Of a stretch of 32,000 nt of DNA, positions 26,598-32,000 are shown one piece after another. Under the pieces are notes generated by a model. It was not told the origin of the DNA. It made no database searches and worked only from the letters and a program-made list of their open reading frames with translations. The DNA is from Rhizobium phage RHph_TM2_3B. The stretch lies in sequence record MN988523.1, one strand, 5' to 3'. The number at the start of each line of letters is the position of its first letter. Within the stretch, counting starts at the first letter, position 1. Made by a program: the position numbers and the translations under genes.

Positions 26598-27050
26598 ATG
26601 GATCGCAGACTATTTTTAACTTCATTAGCTTCTACATTATTACTTTCTTCATCTCCTGCATTTTCTATTCTAGAAAACAATATGGTCGAGGTACCTGAAC
26701 TCAGAAAGTTAAGATACCGACAGATCATTAATCGCATTAGAGATGCTATCCTCACATCCTACCTCGATACAGAGGAAGAGTCAGATAAGACTCAGAAGCG
26801 TAAGTATATTGCGAGTTACGCTACCAATTTCCTGAACTACTACAAAGACAATCGCATCATCCACAACTACGGAGCACTTGTCTACAATACGGTTCAATAC
26901 GGTACTTTCACTCCAATGAGTGAGGAGACTGTCGTATCAATCTGTGTTGAGCTGGTGAAAGATGTTAAAGTCTACATGATATTCGCTCCGTACTATGTTG
27001 AAAGAGATCCTGATCTCGTTTTGGCTGAGCAATATACCTCGACACAATAG
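26598..27050 (+). CDS. Predicted exported protein with twin-arginine-like signal
   Basis: MDRRLFLTSLASTLLLSSSPAFS. Confidence 0.65.
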   Translation: MDRRLFLTSLASTLLLSSSPAFSILENNMVEVPELRKLRYRQIINRIRDAILTSYLDTEEESDKTQKRKYIASYATNFLNYYKDNRIIHNYGALVYNTVQYGTFTPMSEETVVSICVELVKDVKVYMIFAPYYVERDPDLVLAEQYTSTQ

Positions 27051-27118
27051 GTTCAGTTAGCGTCCTGAAGGGATTCTTCTTTGAGTGAGGGTTGGCCTTG
27101 CGATTAAAGGAGAGTCAA
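27047..27118 (+). promoter_or_regulatory. Repeat-family leader copy G
   Basis: aataggttcagttagcgtcctgaagggattcttctttgag; AGGAGAG before ATG 27119. Confidence 0.75.
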
Positions 27119-27307
27119 ATGTCAGGTAGTGTGTTCGTATTTAAAGCAGGAGTCAAGGAATTCGAGAGTCTGTGCGAGCAGATGGAAACTCAGGATGTTG
27201 ACTTCGTCGTCCGTGTCGATATCAATCAGAACAAGACTCTGCTTGTTGATGATCTGATCATCGCTCACCTTGTAGGTGAGGAATCTCACATCTACCTTAA
27301 CATCTGA
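27119..27307 (+). CDS. Hypothetical small protein
   Basis: ORF after leader G. Confidence 0.7.
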   Translation: MSGSVFVFKAGVKEFESLCEQMETQDVDFVVRVDINQNKTLLVDDLIIAHLVGEESHIYLNI

Positions 27308-27317
27308 GGAGACGGTC

Positions 27318-27722
27318 ATGGCACTTGGTCATACGATCTTCGAGTACTCTGCATTTGTACTCGAGAGAAACAAGATGAAACTCTCGAATGTAGATCTTGC
27401 GACTACACTTCAGCAGATTTACTATACGGATCTGACTGTCTACGGATACACTGGAGTTCTGCTCAAGGACGAGAATGAGAAGGATGTCATTATCCACGAT
27501 ATCATTCTCCAGGATGAGCAGTCGTTCTTCAATCACACAGGATATGTCCGACTTCCTGAACTACTCTCAAAATATCACAGTCTCTTGAATAAGACAATTG
27601 GACATGATTTCGTCAAGTTGCATTATCGAGACGGAAGATGGTATGATCCTGCTGAGCTTACAAGCATGCCAGGATACGTTGATGGCGCTCTACTGGAGCA
27701 TCTGAGAAAATGTGACTATTAA
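27318..27722 (+). CDS. Hypothetical protein
   Basis: ORF. Confidence 0.7.
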   Translation: MALGHTIFEYSAFVLERNKMKLSNVDLATTLQQIYYTDLTVYGYTGVLLKDENEKDVIIHDIILQDEQSFFNHTGYVRLPELLSKYHSLLNKTIGHDFVKLHYRDGRWYDPAELTSMPGYVDGALLEHLRKCDY

Positions 27723-27726
27723 CGCT

Positions 27727-27770
27727 ATGCCGTATCTGGGATGAGGGTCCTAGGTACGGCATTTATTTTT
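27727..27770 (+). terminator. Rho-independent terminator
   Basis: atgccgta ... tacggcat then ttattttt. Confidence 0.85.
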
Positions 27771-27797
27771 GCCTATATGAACCTGAGGGAGTTTGAA

Positions 27798-27995
27798 ATG
27801 AATACTCGTATGGTCGATATCAAATGGCCTAGCGGTAAAGTCGAAGCTTATCCATTCGACGAGGTAGAGTATCCGACAAGATATGGACCTCTACCTGTAC
27901 TCATGCCACCTGAGATTGCTGGATGGAAGATCCGTAATACTGGTACAGAGTGGATTGCAATTGCTGATGAGGATTATGTGAATGAAGACTCGTGA
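27798..27995 (+). CDS. Hypothetical small protein
   Basis: ORF; track start at 27741 lies inside the terminator, so 27798 preferred. Confidence 0.6.
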   Translation: MNTRMVDIKWPSGKVEAYPFDEVEYPTRYGPLPVLMPPEIAGWKIRNTGTEWIAIADEDYVNEDS

Positions 27996-28458
27996 AGAAG
28001 ATCTTGAGCAAGCATTGAAGTGGACTCTTGAGTATATCGATGCGATCCCTAAGGATATCGTTCTACCTACGATGCCAGGATTCGATCGAGATTATGTTGA
28101 TAGTCTTCTGACTCCTGTTATCGTACCAAGATACAATCAAGACCTGACTCTTCAAGACAAGATGGCATTGATTCAGGACATCGATGTAAATGCTTGCATC
28201 GAGAAAGGAGTGGCTCACGGATACTATCATTTCAGTTCTAGGATTAGTCTCTGGAATGAGCATAGTGAGAAGATGGTACCTTATCCATTCAGACTAGTAC
28301 CTCAAGCAGTCACGTATGACGTGTTTGAATTGATGACGAATAAGTATATAGTTCTTTCATTCAGACGACAAGTCAATGAGAATATCTCATGCTTCAAGTG
28401 GAATGGTGAGAGATTCATCAAAGTATCTCGTAGCAAGTACAAGTGGATGGAAAGATGA
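27982..28458 (+). CDS. Hypothetical protein
   Basis: ORF. Confidence 0.7.
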   Translation: MKTREEDLEQALKWTLEYIDAIPKDIVLPTMPGFDRDYVDSLLTPVIVPRYNQDLTLQDKMALIQDIDVNACIEKGVAHGYYHFSSRISLWNEHSEKMVPYPFRLVPQAVTYDVFELMTNKYIVLSFRRQVNENISCFKWNGERFIKVSRSKYKWMER

Positions 28459-28607
28459 GTGAAACTCAGAAAGAACTAGCTCGGAAGGTCATGGAGATGA
28501 AACATGGTGGTAGGTACAACATCATGGGACTCTTCAAGAGGAAGCCTCAGTGGGTAGAAAATAAAGAGCTACCGAATCGATTCAGGACTAAGAAGAGGAA
28601 GAGTTAA
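28455..28607 (+). CDS. Small basic protein (50 aa), absent from ORF track
   Basis: MSETQKELARKVMEMKHGGRYNIMGLFKRKPQWVENKELPNRFRTKKRKS; ATGA and TAATG junctions on both sides. Confidence 0.6.
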   Translation: MSETQKELARKVMEMKHGGRYNIMGLFKRKPQWVENKELPNRFRTKKRKS

Positions 28608-29410
28608 TGTACTGGATTCTGCAGGACTTCGAGGACAATCATAAACTCGGAGACGTTCTCGAGAGAATGGGTAAGGAGTATTCCTACCACAAGGTCGTAC
28701 CATTTGTAGGTGAGCTCATGCCTAAGCCTACGGAGATTGTTGAACTCGATCGTGTGGTCATGTTCGGATCGTATAGTCTAAGACATTATGCGAAGAAGCA
28801 TGGACTAGCTCCTGGAGTATTCAAGCTCAATCCGTACTTTGATGAGTCCAGATGGTGGCCATATCTCCTGAATGGTCCTCACAATATGAAAACTGCTGAG
28901 CTACGAGATCTGTTGTATGAACTTCAGATCAATCCTCAGGAAGCATATTTCATACGTCCTGTCGAGGATAGTAAGGAGATTGCAGGTCGAGTGATGGACC
29001 GCCAAGAAATCATCGATATGGTTGAAGGAGTACTAGCTCTCGAGCCTAATGAGTTGATCGGAGGATCTCTCGCTCCTCAGACAAGGATGATGTTCGGAGA
29101 ACCTCAGAAGATCACTCGTGAGTGGAGACTCTGGGTAGTCAATGACAAGATCGTTACTGCCAGTCTCTACAAGGAAGGATCTCGTGTAGTCTATCGAGAA
29201 GAACTGGATCCTTATGCTGAGGAGTTTGCTAAGTTCGTCATCTCTCTGAATCCGAAGTACTCTCCTGCATATGTTCTTGACATTTGTCGTACGAGAGATA
29301 GCTACAAGATCATTGAGACGAATTGCATCAATGCTGCAGGATTCTATGCTGCTGATCTTCAGAAGCTAGTGATGGCTATCGAAGATCTAAACCATTGGGA
29401 TATCACATGA
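28607..29410 (+). CDS. ATP-grasp-like protein
   Basis: IREWRLWVVNDKIVTASLYKEGS-type region (TREWRLWVVNDKIVTASLY) and C-terminal YVLDICRTRDSYKIIETNCINAAGFY. Confidence 0.7.
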   Translation: MYWILQDFEDNHKLGDVLERMGKEYSYHKVVPFVGELMPKPTEIVELDRVVMFGSYSLRHYAKKHGLAPGVFKLNPYFDESRWWPYLLNGPHNMKTAELRDLLYELQINPQEAYFIRPVEDSKEIAGRVMDRQEIIDMVEGVLALEPNELIGGSLAPQTRMMFGEPQKITREWRLWVVNDKIVTASLYKEGSRVVYREELDPYAEEFAKFVISLNPKYSPAYVLDICRTRDSYKIIETNCINAAGFYAADLQKLVMAIEDLNHWDIT

Positions 29411-29730
29411 ATCGTCGATCATTTCTGTTAGGTCTCTTAGGTACGACTGTCTCAGCATCTCTACCTAAGATTCCATCTGCACCTATATCAGGTGATGTAG
29501 GTATGTTCTACTGTCCGTATATTCCAGATCTTACAGGAGTGTACTTATCTGATGTACCATCTGTAACGTACATCACTAGTTTATCTCAATTCGTCAGTCT
29601 GTATGGACGTCCGACTAGTAATGCCACATATGTCTTAGATCTTGAGACTAACAAATTAGAACTAGAAAATTATATGGAAGAAAGAGGATATGAGAAAGTC
29701 ATTGCAGAATCGAGTCATGGAAGGACTTGA
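29407..29730 (+). CDS. Predicted exported protein with twin-arginine signal
   Basis: MNRRSFLLGLLGTTVSASLPKIPSAP. Confidence 0.65.
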   Translation: MNRRSFLLGLLGTTVSASLPKIPSAPISGDVGMFYCPYIPDLTGVYLSDVPSVTYITSLSQFVSLYGRPTSNATYVLDLETNKLELENYMEERGYEKVIAESSHGRT

Positions 29731-29980
29731 TAATCTCCGTCGAAACATCGCTAGCTACCCATTCATCTGCTATACAAAAGGATTGACATATCCTCCTCGA
29801 TCTGTAGAGGTAGATTTCTCTCCATGTAAACGATTTGAATTGAGTAATCGTGTCGTATGGATGTTCAAAACTCCTGATGAGATGCGTCAATTCAAGAGAA
29901 CATACGTGACTATCGACAATAGTATGGGGAATTATTCTCCTGAATCAGCATATTATCCGAATGAGGATAGGTGCAGTTAA
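29717..29980 (+). CDS. Hypothetical protein
   Basis: ORF; start estimated. Confidence 0.55.
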   Translation: MEGLDNLRRNIASYPFICYTKGLTYPPRSVEVDFSPCKRFELSNRVVWMFKTPDEMRQFKRTYVTIDNSMGNYSPESAYYPNEDRCS

Positions 29981-30054
29981 GGTGTATAAAGGATTCTTCT
30001 TCAGGAAGCGTCGTGGGGATGCCTTCCTAACCATCAAGCATTAAAGGACATAAG
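29967..30054 (+). promoter_or_regulatory. Repeat-family leader copy H
   Basis: gataggtgcagttaaggtgtataaaggattcttcttcagg; hairpin AGGAAG/CTTCCT. Confidence 0.7.
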
Positions 30055-30309
30055 ATGCTTAAACTCATTGAAGCTCAGAATTCCACCAACTTCGTCAACG
30101 AGATCATCGCTGGTATCTTCCAGTCGAATGTGGTGGAGTCTGATCTGCAAGAAGAACTGAGTGCGCTGAGTGATGAGTTCGCGACTTCGTTCTTCTGCAT
30201 GGCAGTTGAGGGACTGTCTTTCTGGACGTACGTAGGGACTCGTAAGTCCTGGGAGATCTGCGGTCATACGATTCTGACCAAGGAGATTCTTGGGATTCTG
30301 AATTCCTAA
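30055..30309 (+). CDS. Hypothetical protein
   Basis: ORF after leader H, AAAGGA upstream. Confidence 0.7.
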   Translation: MLKLIEAQNSTNFVNEIIAGIFQSNVVESDLQEELSALSDEFATSFFCMAVEGLSFWTYVGTRKSWEICGHTILTKEILGILNS

Positions 30310-30324
30310 GTTCGATCGTTAATG

Positions 30325-30355
30325 CTCCCTATCAATCCTGGTAGGGAGACGTCCC
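30325..30355 (+). other. Intergenic overlapping hairpins
   Basis: CTCCCTA...TAGGGAG overlapping AGGGA-gacg-TCCCT. Confidence 0.5.
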
Positions 30356-30374
30356 TCTAACTTACTAAGGTAAG

Positions 30375-30635
30375 ATGATGCAATTAGATGTTGCTCTATT
30401 TGAATCCCACCGTATCGCTGTCATAACGAAGGCGATCATCGATTGTGGTCGAGTTAATGGAGCATTGATGTTCCAATTGATCGACTCTGAGGAAGAGTTT
30501 CTCATTGTCGATCCGCAGTTGATCATTACCGTAGGTCCTCATCGTCTCTCTGGAGTTGATGAAATGACCTGCGTACGTAACTACGACGCTCTGAAAGTCA
30601 ACCTGAATACTCTCCGAGTCGTCAGAGTCCACTAA
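30375..30635 (+). CDS. Hypothetical protein
   Basis: ORF. Confidence 0.65.
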   Translation: MMQLDVALFESHRIAVITKAIIDCGRVNGALMFQLIDSEEEFLIVDPQLIITVGPHRLSGVDEMTCVRNYDALKVNLNTLRVVRVH

Positions 30636-30678
30636 TCCTGTAATCCTCCAAATCCGTTTAACTCATAGGAGAATTAAA

Positions 30679-31023
30679 ATGTCGAAATGGAATTCACTCT
30701 CTGGTCTCATCCAGACTCATGGTCTCAAGAATCTCCGATTCTTCTTCGAGACAACGATGCCTACGAAGAAGTTCTTCGGACTGGTCACGATCTCTGAGCC
30801 ATTCAGTCAGAGGTACGTCGTCGAAGGTCGAGCTATTCGTTCGATCAAAGATGGGAAGATCTTCCTCCGTACTCTCGACAAGAAGTACGCATCTCTGAAC
30901 TTCCATGTCTCGGATCTGGAGATGCTCAGTTCATCATTCCCTGATCGTTACTACGTGATGGTCGGGAATGTCAAGTACAATCTCGGAGAGGATCTCACTC
31001 TTCCAGTTCTTGAGGAGGCATGA
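30679..31023 (+). CDS. Hypothetical protein
   Basis: ataGGAGaattaaaATG; C-ending codons frequent. Confidence 0.75.
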   Translation: MSKWNSLSGLIQTHGLKNLRFFFETTMPTKKFFGLVTISEPFSQRYVVEGRAIRSIKDGKIFLRTLDKKYASLNFHVSDLEMLSSSFPDRYYVMVGNVKYNLGEDLTLPVLEEA

Positions 31024-31024
31024 A

Positions 31025-31375
31025 ATGTCTGCAGTAGTCGCTCGTCTCAAGTCGATCGATATCGACAATACGGACAATCTCTTCTCAGGAGCATTCAAGC
31101 TTCTGATCGCAGGAGTAGGATTCCGTACTGAAGATAACAAGTTCTATGAAGTCTTCTCGCACTATGGAGATTACTGCGGGAAGATACCGACCTACATGGT
31201 CAACTCTCTTCAAGCTCATCTGAAGAGACAGTACCAATTACTGTCTGAGAAGATTCCGTACAATCCTTCTCATGAACGTGATAACCTGACGTACGGATGG
31301 ATGAATCTTGTTCCATTCGATAAGGTCGAAGATATGATGGAATTTTATGCTGACAAGCCACTGGAGATCGCATAA
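31025..31375 (+). CDS. Hypothetical protein
   Basis: AGGAGG upstream of ATG 31025. Confidence 0.75.
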   Translation: MSAVVARLKSIDIDNTDNLFSGAFKLLIAGVGFRTEDNKFYEVFSHYGDYCGKIPTYMVNSLQAHLKRQYQLLSEKIPYNPSHERDNLTYGWMNLVPFDKVEDMMEFYADKPLEIA

Positions 31376-31977
31376 TGTCTGCTTCATTCACAGGTCTGGA
31401 CTTCCTCATCAATGGTCTCAAGGATCAGATCCTTGGTCGTCAGCCTACTCGTCGTACGGACAATCCGTGCTTCATCGTATGCTTCGATACTCGTACGTCG
31501 GATCATGGATACGATCCTAACGATGGTAACAAGCAATTGTACGATGAGATCAGCGATGCTCGATCCTTCTACTTCGTCTTCTGCAACAATACGACTGTAT
31601 GGTCGCTCGTACGTAAGGATGAGATCTTTCCTGATCCTAAGGATCTCGAATACATCCGAGATCACGCTACGATGAATATACTTCTTCCTGCATTCAAGCA
31701 TGAGAGCGATCATGATTCATGCTGGAGAAGTATTACGAGTGATGTTCTCTTCAAACATCACTGCGAGATTTATGAGAAGCTCTCAGTTCATCGCTTAGCT
31801 GCTGGAGAGAAGATCGTTCCTAACGATTATACTCCTTTCATCACTAACTTCAAGATCGCTACTGGTACTCTTGACTATGAGTACCATGGCTATGATAAAC
31901 CTGTCAATGGTAATACGTCGACTCTCCTGAAGGTGACTGTCGATGATGTTATCACCAATAGGAAAATCGAACGATGA
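31375..31977 (+). CDS. Hypothetical protein
   Basis: Long ORF from TAATG junction. Confidence 0.75.
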   Translation: MSASFTGLDFLINGLKDQILGRQPTRRTDNPCFIVCFDTRTSDHGYDPNDGNKQLYDEISDARSFYFVFCNNTTVWSLVRKDEIFPDPKDLEYIRDHATMNILLPAFKHESDHDSCWRSITSDVLFKHHCEIYEKLSVHRLAAGEKIVPNDYTPFITNFKIATGTLDYEYHGYDKPVNGNTSTLLKVTVDDVITNRKIER

Positions 31978-32000
31978 GAGTCCATCGAGCTACATCTATC

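Noticed and set aside
1-32000. CRISPR array, tandem direct repeats, transposase or integrase
   Set aside because: No regularly spaced identical repeats or recognisable mobile-element enzymes other than the homing endonuclease were seen.
1-32000. tRNA or rRNA genes
   Set aside because: No TTC-arm/CCA-like cloverleaf pattern was noticed by eye, although this is not a substitute for tRNAscan-SE.

Overview
This 32 kb window looks like densely packed bacteriophage (probably large-genome phage) DNA. Essentially all credible genes are on the + strand, many with ATGA/TAATG stop-start overlaps, and most products are uncharacterised. Genes recognisable from sequence motifs: dihydrofolate reductase (612-1127), a free-standing GIY-YIG homing endonuclease (~2149-2847), a metallophosphoesterase (2847-3497), a HAD hydrolase coupled to a phosphoribosyltransferase-like protein (4519-6034), a Nudix-like protein with a degenerate box (6283-6855), a vWA/MIDAS protein (9591-10514), an adenylosuccinate-synthetase-like protein (10615-11865), a Pol X (DNA polymerase beta-like) protein whose catalytic Asp residues appear replaced (22400-23356), a DUF3850/ASCH-like protein (24422-24721), a proteasome/HslV-like Ntn hydrolase (26177-26596), an ATP-grasp-like protein (28607-29410), and two proteins with twin-arginine-like signals (26598, 29407). 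The best candidates for undescribed biology are (i) a family of eight related + strand intergenic leaders (A/GTAGGTKCASTTAG...GGATTCTTCTTTGAAGG) that punctuate the gene blocks and are mostly followed by a copy-specific hairpin, (ii) an H-type pseudoknot directly upstream of the 21515 gene, (iii) a switch-like folded leader at 9155-9241 with mutually exclusive stems around a Shine-Dalgarno-like sequence, and (iv) the apparently catalytically altered Pol X. No tRNA, rRNA, CRISPR array or transposon was recognised. All motif calls and foldings were made by eye; no database search or folding software was run.
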